Assembly (NCBI GenBank): GCA_963713045.1
Contig: CAVQKE010000003.1
Span: 192,001 to 256,000 of the forward strand
Length of the DNA: 64,000 nucleotides
Source: an uncultured delta proteobacterium
Lineage (GTDB): Bacteria; Myxococcota; Myxococcia; Myxococcales; Myxococcaceae
Direction of reading: 5' to 3'
Shown here: positions 27,662 to 37,961 of the stretch, piece after piece
Layout: each line of letters begins with the position of its first letter
Numbering within the stretch: position 1 is the first letter of the stretch
Notes under the pieces: generated by a model
Database searches by the model: none
What the model was told of the DNA's origin: nothing
Seen by the model: the letters and a program-made list of their open reading frames with translations, nothing else
Translations under genes and position numbers: made by a program

Positions 27662-29608
27662 TTACCCGACAAGGGCGAGAGCCCAGACCGGGAAGATGCG
27701 GAGGTAAGCGTCGTAGTGGATGGCGCACGTTCTGTTGAAGACGCCGGCGAGATGCTCCGCAGGCCAGCGCCCATCCGCCTGCTGCCGTGCCTTCAAAAAC
27801 GCGGCACCTCGCTGTGCTGCCTGGCTTTTGGCCTCCCCACAGGCGTGCAGGGCAAGCAGCGCCCAGGACGTCATCACCGCCTGACCGCCTTCTGCGTTCA
27901 CCCAGGTGCGTTGCCGGCAACTCTCGATGGTTTCCCCCCAGCCGCCATCCCGCAGCTGGTGGGCGCGCAGGAATGACGCCGCTCGTCGGAAAGCCGGATG
28001 CTCCACCTCCACTCCGGCAGAACGGAGCCCCCAGGTGCCGAACCAAGTTCCATAGCTGAAACAGACGCCCCAGGACCCTTCCCACCCACCGTCTTCCCGC
28101 TGCCGCTGCAAAATGAAGTCACGCCCGCGCTGGATTGCCGCCCGAAGCTCCGCGACGCGGGTTTTGGGGAGGGCTGCGGTGGCTTGCACATAGGACTCCA
28201 GTGCCTGCACACAGGCAGAGGTGCACTCGACATAGGAGTAGTCCACCATGATGTTGGCGAAGACGTCCGATGGATTGAGCAATTCGAGCCAGGCGGGCCC
28301 GCGCCGCAACTCGTAGGTGGCCCAGCCTCCGTCTGCGTTTTGCAACGAGAGCAGAAGGCTCACCGCATCAGAAAACCGTTGCGAAGACAGCGCCCACGCG
28401 CAGGGCTCGAGCTTTGCCAGAGCGAGGGCCGCTTTCAGCGCTTCTGCCGTGCAATCGCTGATAGGCCAGCCGTGCGCGCGGGTGCTGAAGGGCCAACCCC
28501 CCTTGCTTGGATGTCGATAAAAGCGCTCCGGTTGGCGTGTGTTTTCAAGGACCTGCTGCTCTGAGACAAAGCGGTGCGCGCCGGCCAGCGTCGCTCGCAT
28601 CCGCCTGCCCTCGCCGGTAGCGGCGATCGCTTGGACAGCAAACGCGGTGTCCCACAGTTGGGAGGAGTTGTACCCATTCATCTTCAGCCCGTCCGGGCCC
28701 TCCCACAGGTAGTCCTCGAGACACGAGACGTGCGCGTCGACTTCCGGTCCCCCAGGGCGCTCGAAGTGCCAGACCAAAGTGTTGTAGAGCTTGTTCACCG
28801 GCCCAATGCAGATGTGGTGGGTGGCTTCATCCTCTGCTTGGATTTGGTCCAGCACTTCCGCCAGCGCCCGCTCGCGTAGTGCTTTGAGGTGAGTGCCCTC
28901 ATAGGCCGCGAGCAGCCGGTTCACCCGCGCAAGCAGGGTTGTCCGGGGGGTGTACGCATCCGTCGGAGACACCCTGTCCCGCGCGCCCCGCCAGTCAATG
29001 GCGGAGTACGGCTCGGAATAGAGCTCCGAGCGGAGCGCCTGCAGCAATGGGGTATCTGCAACCCGCGCCCGCCGGCCGTAGAGATGGCTCATCGGCAGGT
29101 ACACCATCCTGCAGTGGCACCACAGGCGTCCTGGATGCAGCGGGAGCCAGCGCGGAAGCAGCCACAATTCGGGCGGAACCGGAGAGAGCCCTTCGTAGTC
29201 GTAGAGGCGCAGCACGGCGAGCATGAACTTTCCCCAGGACGCCGAGCCCAGGGCTCCGCCGTGGGGTAAAAACCACGCCCGGGCTCGGGCCAATCCAGCA
29301 TCCTCGCGCTCGACACCGAGGAGTCGAAGGGCCACGTAGTTGAGCACCGAAGTGAAAACCTGGCTGCTGGCCTCCACGTCGAGTCCCCAGCCTCCGTCAG
29401 GATTCTGGTGGGCACGCAAGTAGCGAAGAAATCCAGCCCGCGTGGGCTCGTCGACCACCCGCCCAAGTGCATAGAGTGTGCACACATACAGCGGCGGGAG
29501 AAACAGCGGCCCACCGTAGTCACCCTTCCAGCTCCCGGACGGGTCTTGCGTGCCCGCCAGAACGTCGAGTGCCTTCTCAATGGTGGAAGGTTCGGCCAAT
29601 TTGTCCAT
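27662..29608 (-). CDS. osc: 2,3-oxidosqualene cyclase, cycloartenol-synthase type
   Basis: SDCTAE catalytic motif (not DxDD), WCHCR, GYNSSQLWDT, HGWPISD, QW repeats. Confidence 0.93.
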   Translation of the reverse strand: MDKLAEPSTIEKALDVLAGTQDPSGSWKGDYGGPLFLPPLYVCTLYALGRVVDEPTRAGFLRYLRAHQNPDGGWGLDVEASSQVFTSVLNYVALRLLGVEREDAGLARARAWFLPHGGALGSASWGKFMLAVLRLYDYEGLSPVPPELWLLPRWLPLHPGRLWCHCRMVYLPMSHLYGRRARVADTPLLQALRSELYSEPYSAIDWRGARDRVSPTDAYTPRTTLLARVNRLLAAYEGTHLKALRERALAEVLDQIQAEDEATHHICIGPVNKLYNTLVWHFERPGGPEVDAHVSCLEDYLWEGPDGLKMNGYNSSQLWDTAFAVQAIAATGEGRRMRATLAGAHRFVSEQQVLENTRQPERFYRHPSKGGWPFSTRAHGWPISDCTAEALKAALALAKLEPCAWALSSQRFSDAVSLLLSLQNADGGWATYELRRGPAWLELLNPSDVFANIMVDYSYVECTSACVQALESYVQATAALPKTRVAELRAAIQRGRDFILQRQREDGGWEGSWGVCFSYGTWFGTWGLRSAGVEVEHPAFRRAASFLRAHQLRDGGWGETIESCRQRTWVNAEGGQAVMTSWALLALHACGEAKSQAAQRGAAFLKARQQADGRWPAEHLAGVFNRTCAIHYDAYLRIFPVWALALVG

Positions 29609-29611
29609 CGC

Positions 29612-30670
29612 TCAGCCAGCAGGGGACGGCAGGCCTCTGGTGTACGTCCGAAAGGCCACGCGCAGCGCCCAGTCGTTGTCGACCAAGGCTCGCGTCAAGA
29701 CCATCACTCGCTTCACTGCGGCCCGGCTGATTTTGACCGCAGGCCCGCTGAAAACCTCCGGGTTCCCGTGCAACGCTCGCAGGGTCAGGAGCGCCAGGAA
29801 GAGCGGCCAGAGGCAGAACAGCCGGATGCCCTTCTCCTCTCGGGGAAGTAGCAAGGTGTATTCCAGAGAGGTCTCGGCTTCGCGGTGCGCAACTGCGACC
29901 AGCTCGTCCAGCAACTCCAAGGCGGCGGCGCGATGGTCGTGGGAAAGTAGGTTTTCCGCGGTGAGGCCATGGCGCGCCATCAGCGTCCGCGGAAGCCAAC
30001 AGCTTCCACGCGCGGCATCCTCTCGGATGTCCTTGAGGATGTTGGTCAGCTGCAAAGCTCGGCCGAAGGCCGCGGCGCGTGGCTGGAGCTCCGGCCGAAG
30101 GACGGCCACCGTCGAGGCGTAGCCCGCGAACAAGTCTGTCAGCATCTCTCCCACCGTGCCGGCGACGTAGTAGCAGTAGGTCAGCGTCTCATTGAGGTCC
30201 CTCAGCCCCGAGCCATACCCTTCCTGCTCCAAGCCCTCCATGACGTCTGCCATGCCCGTCGTCATGTCACGCACGCAGCGGGCTATGGCTGGCCTCACCC
30301 ACGGTGGCAGCTGGGCGACCACCTGGAGGACACTGGGCGTCCCCCGCACCAGCCTGACTTCCGCAACGGGTGCAGCCGGGCGCAAGGCGGCGACGGCGGA
30401 GCTCGCGAAAGACTCCGCTGCCGAAGGCCAGCCGGCTGGGAGGGTGCACAGGTGCGCAAACTCGTCCATCAGTGGGCGGCGCGCAGCCGCGGAGGCCATC
30501 GACTCGTCCTCCAGCGTGTCGGCAATCCGACAGAGTAAATAGGCAACCGTCACCGCCAGGTCGAGCGGAGGCGGCAGCAGCGGAATATTGAGAGCGAACG
30601 TCCGGGAGACTTCGGGAAGCGTAGCTCTACAGAAACCCTCAGCGGATTCGACGCGAGACAGAAGTCGCAT
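29612..30670 (-). CDS. sqs: Squalene synthase (farnesyl-diphosphate farnesyltransferase-like)
   Basis: VSRTFAL, YLLCRIADTLED, YCYYVAGTVG, LQLTNILKD; 3 bp upstream of osc; start could be 30745. Confidence 0.88.
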   Translation of the reverse strand: MRLLSRVESAEGFCRATLPEVSRTFALNIPLLPPPLDLAVTVAYLLCRIADTLEDESMASAAARRPLMDEFAHLCTLPAGWPSAAESFASSAVAALRPAAPVAEVRLVRGTPSVLQVVAQLPPWVRPAIARCVRDMTTGMADVMEGLEQEGYGSGLRDLNETLTYCYYVAGTVGEMLTDLFAGYASTVAVLRPELQPRAAAFGRALQLTNILKDIREDAARGSCWLPRTLMARHGLTAENLLSHDHRAAALELLDELVAVAHREAETSLEYTLLLPREEKGIRLFCLWPLFLALLTLRALHGNPEVFSGPAVKISRAAVKRVMVLTRALVDNDWALRVAFRTYTRGLPSPAG

Positions 30671-30778
30671 GGGTGGCTCGCATCCGGTCCGTTGGGCCGC
30701 CGGCCGCAGGCCGTGACCGGATGGCAAGTGGGAGCTATGTACCATAGAGAGCGGCGATCGATAAGGTGAAACCCGAAA

Positions 30779-32167
30779 ATGGAATGGCAGGGCTCTGCAA
30801 TTGTTGTGGGCGCCGGAACCGCCGGATGTGCGGTGGCCGCCGCACTGGCTGAACTCGAATTCGACGTCCTGGTGGTGGACGCGGGCATGGACCGCTCCCG
30901 CCAACTGGCCGGTGAATTGATGCACCCCTGCGGTGCCGCGGACCTGCGCTCACTCGGCTTCGACAGGGCGCTCAACGAAGCCGGGGCAGTACCAGTCAAT
31001 GGCTTCGCAGTGGTGGACGGCACCGAGCCCGGGCGCGCAACGACGTGCCTGTTGCCCTATGGCGCGCTGGGACAGGGCGTCGCGATGGAGCACAGCGCAC
31101 TGGTGGCAGCGCTTCAGGCCTCACTGGTGGGGCGTCCAGGGATTACCGTCTGGGATTCATCCCGACTGCTGCGCGTACTGCAGAACGACTCGGCCGGCGT
31201 CGAAGTGGAGGTCGCACGCCCGGACGGCAGCCAGTCCCATGCGTCAGCCCGCCTTCTCGTGGCCGCTGACGGGCGCGCCTCCAAGGTGCGAGGGCTACTT
31301 GGGATTGAAGAGGAGAATGTCCGGCTTTCGCTGATGGCCGGGACGCTGGTGGATGCAGCACACCTGCCGCACCCTGGCTTCGGCCATCTCTTTGTCGGAG
31401 GCCCGGCGCCGGTGTTGGCCTATGCCATCTCTCCGCACCGAGCGCGTGTGATGATGGACCTGCCCACCGGCGCGGAGTTGACGACGCCGCTGCGCGAGCC
31501 GCAATACCTGAGAGCCCTCCCAGCCGTCCTACAGGAGGCTGTCACCCGAGCACTCGGCCAGGAGCGGCCGCTGGCCTCGGCAAGCTTCACTCGGCTCCCA
31601 CGGCAAGTGTTTCGCGGCTCCGCGGTGCTGGTGGGAGATTCGGCTGGCTGCTGCCATCCGCTGAGCGCAAGCGGAATGTCTTCGTGCACTCGGGATGCCT
31701 TGGCGCTTCGAAGCGCCCTTCGCGGGAGCCCGGACAATGTCTCCGCTGCGCTGGCCCGCTATGCTCTCCTGCGGCGGGGGCCGCAACGGACCCGGCTGAA
31801 TCTCGCCTCTGCGCTCTACCGGTGCTTTTCTGAGGCCAGTCCGGAGATGCAAGCCCTACGGCAGGGCATCATCCGCTACTGGACGCGAAGCCCCAGCGGC
31901 CGGGATGTTTCCATGGCGCTGCTTTCGACGCGCGAGTCACGGATGTGGGTGATGTGCTTCGAATACGCCCGGGTGGTGGGCCATTCCTTCATCGCCCTCG
32001 GGCGAGGTCTCCTCTCGGGTGCCGTCCCGCTCCGGACGACGCTGCGGGCCGCGGTGGGCCTGGTCCGCTCCACTTTCCCTCACCTAGGGGGCGCAGCACG
32101 CGGCCTCTTCGAAAACGCTGGGCTGCGAGTTGCCGCCGCTAGCCCCCGACGGGTGGCATCCGCCTAA
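30779..32167 (+). CDS. smo: Squalene monooxygenase (FAD-dependent)
   Basis: GAGTAG, GELMHPCG (cf. GELLQPGG), AADG, GDSAGCCHPLSASGM; divergent from sqs-osc. Confidence 0.85.
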   Translation: MEWQGSAIVVGAGTAGCAVAAALAELEFDVLVVDAGMDRSRQLAGELMHPCGAADLRSLGFDRALNEAGAVPVNGFAVVDGTEPGRATTCLLPYGALGQGVAMEHSALVAALQASLVGRPGITVWDSSRLLRVLQNDSAGVEVEVARPDGSQSHASARLLVAADGRASKVRGLLGIEEENVRLSLMAGTLVDAAHLPHPGFGHLFVGGPAPVLAYAISPHRARVMMDLPTGAELTTPLREPQYLRALPAVLQEAVTRALGQERPLASASFTRLPRQVFRGSAVLVGDSAGCCHPLSASGMSSCTRDALALRSALRGSPDNVSAALARYALLRRGPQRTRLNLASALYRCFSEASPEMQALRQGIIRYWTRSPSGRDVSMALLSTRESRMWVMCFEYARVVGHSFIALGRGLLSGAVPLRTTLRAAVGLVRSTFPHLGGAARGLFENAGLRVAAASPRRVASA

Positions 32168-32183
32168 ATTCGCCAGGGGGCCG

Positions 32184-33374
32184 TTAGGCGCTGGAACGCC
32201 CCGACAGCTTCGCCGAGGCGTCCAGGCTGTAGCTTCGTCCACGCCAATCCACATCCCGATTGAGCTTGGTGGAGAGGGTGACCAGCGCGGCGACAATTGG
32301 CAGGACCACCGGAACCCAGAGATGCTTTACCGCCACCGACGGGCCGCCGAGCCGCTTCTGAAGGTCGAGCTGGCTCCAGACGAAGAGCGCCGCAGCAGCC
32401 GCCGGGAGCACCATTCCGAGCCAAGCGCCAGACGCCAGCGCAGCTGCCGTCGCAGCGAGCGCGGAGAAGTAGAGGATGCCGCGGACCCAATTGGGGCGGA
32501 CAAAGCTTGCCGGCAGCCCACCTTGAGAAAATAGCATCCAACGGCGGAAGACGCGGATGAATTGAGTCAGTCCGAGCCGGCCGGTGACGACGCGCAGCGG
32601 GAAGGGAACCATGACATTCTTGAGCCCGGCCCGCGCGATGCACTGGCCGATGTACATGTCGTCGACGAATTGGCCTTCGGCACACCGGACGCCCCCCACC
32701 GCGGCCAGCGCGGCACGGGTAAAGACCATCATCTGCCCCATGATGAAGGGCAACTCACCCCGCTCGCCGGCGGCCAGCGCGACCGAGGCGCTGTACCAGG
32801 GGTTCACCAACAGCTCGTACGCCACGTCTCCGGCCTGAGTTTCGTCGGACTGGGCGATGATGGGAGCGAAGGTATCGCCAGCGTCCGGGTGGGCCACCAA
32901 CTCTTCGACCAGGACCCGCAATAAGTGCGGACCGGGGCGCGTGTCTGAGTCGCTGTACGCAATGAGCTCGCCGCCAGCGCGAGCCTCCCCCATCATCATC
33001 GCGTTCAGTTTGCCGGTACGGCCGGGAGGAGGTTTACCGGCGAGTAGCACCTCGGCGCGCCGGTTGCTCGACGCGGGGTGTGCCTCGACCAGCTCCAGCA
33101 TCACCGGATAGGCGGGGTCAGATGGCGTGTCGAGAATGAAGAGCGTCTCCAACTCGCCAGGGTAGGCTTGATTGAGTAGGGCCTCGGCATTTTCGCGGGA
33201 TCCGATGTCTAGTCCTCGAATCGGTCGAATCATCGTCACCGCCGGGTACCGGGGAAGCCGCGCAGGGGGGACGACCGGCCGTTGAATGGCCCGTGCCATT
33301 TGACGATGTCCCAGGAGAATGAGGGCGAAAATGACAGCGCCCATCACCGAGTAGAAAGCAGCAAACCCGGTCAT
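32184..33374 (-). CDS. GT2/GT21 membrane glycosyltransferase (ceramide glucosyltransferase/HpnI-like)
   Basis: N-terminal TM, IRPIRGLD, GKLNA, SDSD, VDDMYIG, RVFRRW; ATGA overlap with MMPL. Confidence 0.85.
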   Translation of the reverse strand: MTGFAAFYSVMGAVIFALILLGHRQMARAIQRPVVPPARLPRYPAVTMIRPIRGLDIGSRENAEALLNQAYPGELETLFILDTPSDPAYPVMLELVEAHPASSNRRAEVLLAGKPPPGRTGKLNAMMMGEARAGGELIAYSDSDTRPGPHLLRVLVEELVAHPDAGDTFAPIIAQSDETQAGDVAYELLVNPWYSASVALAAGERGELPFIMGQMMVFTRAALAAVGGVRCAEGQFVDDMYIGQCIARAGLKNVMVPFPLRVVTGRLGLTQFIRVFRRWMLFSQGGLPASFVRPNWVRGILYFSALAATAAALASGAWLGMVLPAAAAALFVWSQLDLQKRLGGPSVAVKHLWVPVVLPIVAALVTLSTKLNRDVDWRGRSYSLDASAKLSGRSSA

Positions 33375-35620
33375 GGGAGAATCTCCCGGTGCCGCGCACG
33401 AAGCCCGGCAAAAGCTCGGGCAATCGGGGCGGGCGCCCACCAGTTGAGATGCCCAAGCAGCCGCATCGTCGATGGAACGATGAGCACTCGCACCAGGGTG
33501 GCATCCAGCATCACCGCAATGGCCATCGCTACGCCCATCGCCTTCACCACCACCACCGTCGCAAGGCCGAACGCCAAAAAAACAGCCACCATGATGGACG
33601 CGGCGCTGGTGATGAGGCCGGCACTCTTCTCCAGACCCTCGGCGACGGCACGCGTGTTGTCGCCACTACGAAGCCATTCCTCTTGCATCCGGCTGAGCAG
33701 AAGAACTTCGTAGTCCATCGACAGGCCGAAGACAGTGCAGAACAAGAGGACGGGAAGCGCCGGTTCGATGGGTCCGGGGTGAAAGTGCAATAGCCAGCTG
33801 AGGTGACCCTCCTGAAAAATCCACACCAACGCGCCAAACGCACCGGCGATGGACAGAAGGTTCATGAGGACTGCTTTCACAGGCAGCACCAGGCTCCCAA
33901 GTAGCAGAAAGAGGACGACCAGCGTCACCCCCACCACCCAAGCCACGGCTTTGGGGGTGTGACCACGAACGAAATCCGTGGCATCCACGGCATGGGCCAG
34001 CTCTCCCCCCACGAGGACTTGACCGTCTCCCACCCGTCTCTGCGCTCGGACGGCCTCCACCAAGCTCTGTGCCTCCGGACTCGCGGGCTGCGCGGAACTG
34101 AGAACGTTGAGCACAGTCAGTCGCCCAGCGACGCTGCTGCGGAGAGCCAACGCAAATTCCGGTGGGAGGAAAGCCGGGGGCATAGCGGCCAGCTGCTCAT
34201 AACCGTCCCGGTCGAGGCTAGGGTCGATGTCGACAATGCTCTCAACACCAGTCACCGTCGGCAGCGCCCGGTAGCGTTGGCTCGCGTCATACAGCGCCCC
34301 CACGCGTTTCGGCGTGAAGGCGTCCCCATTCGGAAACTGCACCGCCACCACCACTCGGTTCGCCACCTGTGCCGGGAACCACTGTTGCAGCGCCTCGTAG
34401 CCTTGCCGCGCCTCGGCAGTCTCGGGCAAGACGCGAACGTCCGCGGCGGCCATGCGAAGACGGAGAAACGGTGCGCCGATGAACAGAAGCAGAGCGAGTG
34501 TCGGAACCAACACCAAGACCGGCCGGCGCATCACCCAGCTGGCCAGGGCGTGCCAGAGCCCGGGCCGGGTGGCCAACGACGGCAGCGGAACACGACCTCC
34601 ATCAATCCGTCGGCCAACGATGGCCAGGACTGCTGGGAGAAGGCTGAGCGCGAACAGCACCGCCAGCGCGACCACCAACGCCCCAGCCAACCCCATGGTT
34701 GCCAAGTAGGAGCCCCAATAGAAGAGAAGGCCAGACAGCCCGACCATCACTGCGAGACCCGAGAAGGCCACCGCCCGACCCGAAGTCTCAACCGCATGAA
34801 TGACTGCCTCGTCGACGGAGATGCCTCCTGCGAGCTCGTCCCGGAAGCGGCTCACCATGAACAGCGAGTAGTCAATCGCCACTCCCAGTCCAATCAGGGA
34901 GGTGATGTTCACCGTGTACTGCGCCATGTTGGTGACGTGGGAAAGCAGCAGTACTCCACCAATGCCGCACAGGACTGAGAGTGCGCCGATTACAATCGGA
35001 AGCGCCGCTGCTACCAGCGAGCCGAACACCGCGACCAGAACGACCAGCGCTAAGGGAAGTGAGATGAGCTCGGCCTGGAGCAAGTCATGTTCGAGTGCGA
35101 CATCCAGGTCGTGGACGAAGGGCGCCCGGCCAGTAGCCAAGACTTGGAGCGGAGCCGTCTGGAGCCGTGCGCGAAGAGCTGGATACGCGCGGGCTGCAGC
35201 GCTTAGGTCCCCCTGAAGCGTCACCACCGCTAGGGCACGGTGCCCGTCACGGGAGACGAGGCGCTTGGCCAGGAGCGGCGGCAGCTCAAAAGGGTTGGCG
35301 ACGCTGGCGACATCGGGGTCGGCAGCAACTGAGGCCAAGGCCGTCCGCATCCCTGCGGCGAAACGTGGATCCGCCACAGTGAAGTTCGGGGAATTGAAGA
35401 CCAGCGTAAACGTGGTGTCGCCGGGGAGCGCGAGTGTCCTCTCCACCAGCGCCTGGGTGCGGTCTGCTTCGATGCCCTCAATGGATCCCGTGGTAAGCGG
35501 CCCACCGCGGAAGAAAGAGGCGAGCGCGCCGACCAGTGGCAAGACGCTGAGCGCAAGCACCCACCACTTGCGACGACAGATGAAGGCTCCCCAGGCGGCA
35601 AACATTTCGCCGGGCTCCAT
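33371..35620 (-). CDS. MMPL family (RND) lipid transporter
   Basis: GLGVAIDYSLFMVSRFRDE, FGLSMDYEVLLLSRMQEE, DATLVR..WWAP; start 35620 or 35605. Confidence 0.92.
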   Translation of the reverse strand: MEPGEMFAAWGAFICRRKWWVLALSVLPLVGALASFFRGGPLTTGSIEGIEADRTQALVERTLALPGDTTFTLVFNSPNFTVADPRFAAGMRTALASVAADPDVASVANPFELPPLLAKRLVSRDGHRALAVVTLQGDLSAAARAYPALRARLQTAPLQVLATGRAPFVHDLDVALEHDLLQAELISLPLALVVLVAVFGSLVAAALPIVIGALSVLCGIGGVLLLSHVTNMAQYTVNITSLIGLGVAIDYSLFMVSRFRDELAGGISVDEAVIHAVETSGRAVAFSGLAVMVGLSGLLFYWGSYLATMGLAGALVVALAVLFALSLLPAVLAIVGRRIDGGRVPLPSLATRPGLWHALASWVMRRPVLVLVPTLALLLFIGAPFLRLRMAAADVRVLPETAEARQGYEALQQWFPAQVANRVVVAVQFPNGDAFTPKRVGALYDASQRYRALPTVTGVESIVDIDPSLDRDGYEQLAAMPPAFLPPEFALALRSSVAGRLTVLNVLSSAQPASPEAQSLVEAVRAQRRVGDGQVLVGGELAHAVDATDFVRGHTPKAVAWVVGVTLVVLFLLLGSLVLPVKAVLMNLLSIAGAFGALVWIFQEGHLSWLLHFHPGPIEPALPVLLFCTVFGLSMDYEVLLLSRMQEEWLRSGDNTRAVAEGLEKSAGLITSAASIMVAVFLAFGLATVVVVKAMGVAMAIAVMLDATLVRVLIVPSTMRLLGHLNWWAPAPIARAFAGLRARHREILP

Positions 35621-35665
35621 AGCACGCCCCAAGGGGCATTCAGCTGCACCCACTGCGGCTGAAAG

Positions 35666-36331
35666 CTAAGGCGCGCGCCGCGATGCGGCTAGTAGCACTG
35701 CTGCGAGAGCGGCCAAGACGACGACACCGCCCAGTGGACTCCGGTGAAAAGCAGCGAGGAGAAAGCCCGAGACACCAAGCCCCAAAGCGAGAACGACCCA
35801 ACCCCGGAGTGCTGAGCTCCGCACCGAATGGAGCCAAGTGGGTGTCCCGGGACGATCCGACTCATCGAGGGCGAGTTGCGTTCGATGTGCCCCGGCCACA
35901 CCTTGGGAAGCAGGCGCCGCCCCGTCCTGCTCCTCTTGCCTCAGCTTTTGGAGCCGACTCAGCTCCTCGGCTTCACGCTGGCGTTCGGCGGTTGCGTCGG
36001 CCCAGAGTCGCTCGTTGAACGCCTTGTTCTCGGCCGTGTCCAACCTTGCCTCGCAATGCCCGCACACGGTGCTAAGTCGACTGCTGTCGGCGCCACACCG
36101 GATGCAACGGACAAAAGGCTGCCCAGGGTCATACCCGTCGAGAACAACTGGTTGCTCCACCTCTGGAGCAAAGCGCTCAAGGTGTGTCACGGGGTGACTC
36201 ACCAAGCCGGCTGAGGAGTTCGTGTCCGACGCCTCTTCGAGTGTGGCAAAGCGAGTGGAGGCAGCCGAAGCGGGTCGCTCGCAGTCATTGCGAACACGCT
36301 CCAGGCGGAGAAATCGGGCCAGTTGCCTCAC
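35666..36331 (-). CDS. Zn-ribbon + coiled-coil + 2-TM membrane protein
   Basis: CIRCG..CGHC, charged helix, two C-terminal TM; GTGA overlap with the AAA gene. Confidence 0.65.
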   Translation of the reverse strand: MRQLARFLRLERVRNDCERPASAASTRFATLEEASDTNSSAGLVSHPVTHLERFAPEVEQPVVLDGYDPGQPFVRCIRCGADSSRLSTVCGHCEARLDTAENKAFNERLWADATAERQREAEELSRLQKLRQEEQDGAAPASQGVAGAHRTQLALDESDRPGTPTWLHSVRSSALRGWVVLALGLGVSGFLLAAFHRSPLGGVVVLAALAAVLLAASRRAP

Positions 36332-37890
36332 GCTGGAGCCCCCGCCTTCCGCGATGCGGGCCGAGTGCGCCGCGAAGCCCAGACCCGAAGCCGCTCCACT
36401 TCTTCGGCCAACGTCACGGCGAGGGGGAAGGTCTGCGCGACGGCAGTCAACAGGTGAACGGTTGCCAGTTCGACACCCTGCGCGAACGCCAGGTACAAGC
36501 CCTCCACCACCACTTGCTCGAGCTCGGCTCCACTGAAATTCGGAGCCCGAGCCGCCACCTGGGCCAAGTCGAAAGTCGCTGGGTCACGGCCCCGATGGCG
36601 GATGTGTATGGCGAGAATTTCGGTACGCTCGCGGACATCAGGCAAGTCGATGAAGAAAATCTCATCGAAGCGTCCCTTGCGCAGAAGCTCGGGGGGAAGT
36701 CCTTCGACCCGATTGGCAGTGGCCACAACGAAGACCGCTGCCTTCTTTTCCTGAAGCCAGGTGAGGAAGGTGCCCAAGACTCGAGCCGAGACACCTGCGT
36801 CCGCGGCTCCGGAGGACGCTGCACCGGCCAGGGCCTTGTCGATTTCATCCACCCAAAGGACCGCCGGTGCGGCACTCTCAGCAACGCGAATTGCCCGGCG
36901 GAGGTTCTCCTCGGAGGAGCCGACGAACCCGCTGAAGATGCGGCCCACGTCCAAGCGCAGCAGGGGCAGGGTCCATTGCGAAGCAATGGCCTTCGCGGTG
37001 AGGCTCTTGCCACAGCCTTGGACGCCGAGCAGCAGTAACCCCTTTGGCTCGGGCAACCCAAAGCGGCGAGCGGCCTCGCCAAACGCTGCTGCCCGTCTTC
37101 CGAGCCAGTCCTTGAGGTTTTCGAGCCCACCCACGCCATGCAGGTCGTGTTCTGCCGGGTAATACTCCAGCAGTCCGCTTTTGCGAATGACCTGCCGCTT
37201 CTCTTCCATCACTCGCTGAATGTCCGAGGCATCGAGCCGCTGGTCCTCCGCGATGGCCTTGGCGAAAGCGTTCTCTGCCTCCTGCAGAGTGAGCCCTAGA
37301 GCGGCTTTCACCAGCTTCTCACCCTCCTCCCGCTTAAGGTCGACCGTCGCTCGGCCTCCGCTACGCACGACGCCGATGATGTCGCGAAGTAACTCCGCGA
37401 GGTCACGGAACGTCGGAAGCGGAACGTCCAGCACACTCATTTCCTTCTCGAGCTCCACCGGAAGCTGGAGAACCGGAGCCAGAATAATGACGGTGGTGTA
37501 GGTACTCTTAAGCGCTTGCCCGAGCTCGCGTAGCGCGCGCACCACGCGCGGCTCTGCCAGGTAGGGGTGGAAGTCCTTCAGGACGACCAGGCTGGGCTCG
37601 CTGTAAGCGCCAACGGCCTGAAGCGCGGCGATGGGGTCCTCGGTACCTTCGCCCGGTGGAGGCTGGGCGCGCGCTCCTCCCATGCGGTGAAGGCCCTTGG
37701 TAATGGACCAGTTGAGAAGCACCTTGCCGTGGCTCTGAGCCATCTCCTCAAGAATGCCGTCGACCCGTGGCTCCTCGCTGCTCACGAGCCAAATCAGCGG
37801 GTTCCGCGCGCGAATGAGGGTATCCAGCTCACTCAAGAATCGGGGACGTGGCGGTGCAGCAGGGCTGGCGCGCTCGGGTTGGCCGGACAT
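36328..37890 (-). CDS. AAA+ ATPase, Ycf46-like
   Basis: GVQGCGKS, WVDEIDK, ATAN..LPPELLRKGRFDEIFF. Confidence 0.92.
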   Translation of the reverse strand: MSGQPERASPAAPPRPRFLSELDTLIRARNPLIWLVSSEEPRVDGILEEMAQSHGKVLLNWSITKGLHRMGGARAQPPPGEGTEDPIAALQAVGAYSEPSLVVLKDFHPYLAEPRVVRALRELGQALKSTYTTVIILAPVLQLPVELEKEMSVLDVPLPTFRDLAELLRDIIGVVRSGGRATVDLKREEGEKLVKAALGLTLQEAENAFAKAIAEDQRLDASDIQRVMEEKRQVIRKSGLLEYYPAEHDLHGVGGLENLKDWLGRRAAAFGEAARRFGLPEPKGLLLLGVQGCGKSLTAKAIASQWTLPLLRLDVGRIFSGFVGSSEENLRRAIRVAESAAPAVLWVDEIDKALAGAASSGAADAGVSARVLGTFLTWLQEKKAAVFVVATANRVEGLPPELLRKGRFDEIFFIDLPDVRERTEILAIHIRHRGRDPATFDLAQVAARAPNFSGAELEQVVVEGLYLAFAQGVELATVHLLTAVAQTFPLAVTLAEEVERLRVWASRRTRPASRKAGAPA

Positions 37891-37961
37891 GGCTGGACGG
37901 CAAGCTTAGCCCGGGGTTGGTGATTGACAGTCCCCCTGTACTGAACTTGTGTGCAGGTACG

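Noticed and set aside
27662..29608. Squalene-hopene cyclase call
   Set aside because: Has DCTAE rather than DxDD and sits beside a squalene monooxygenase.
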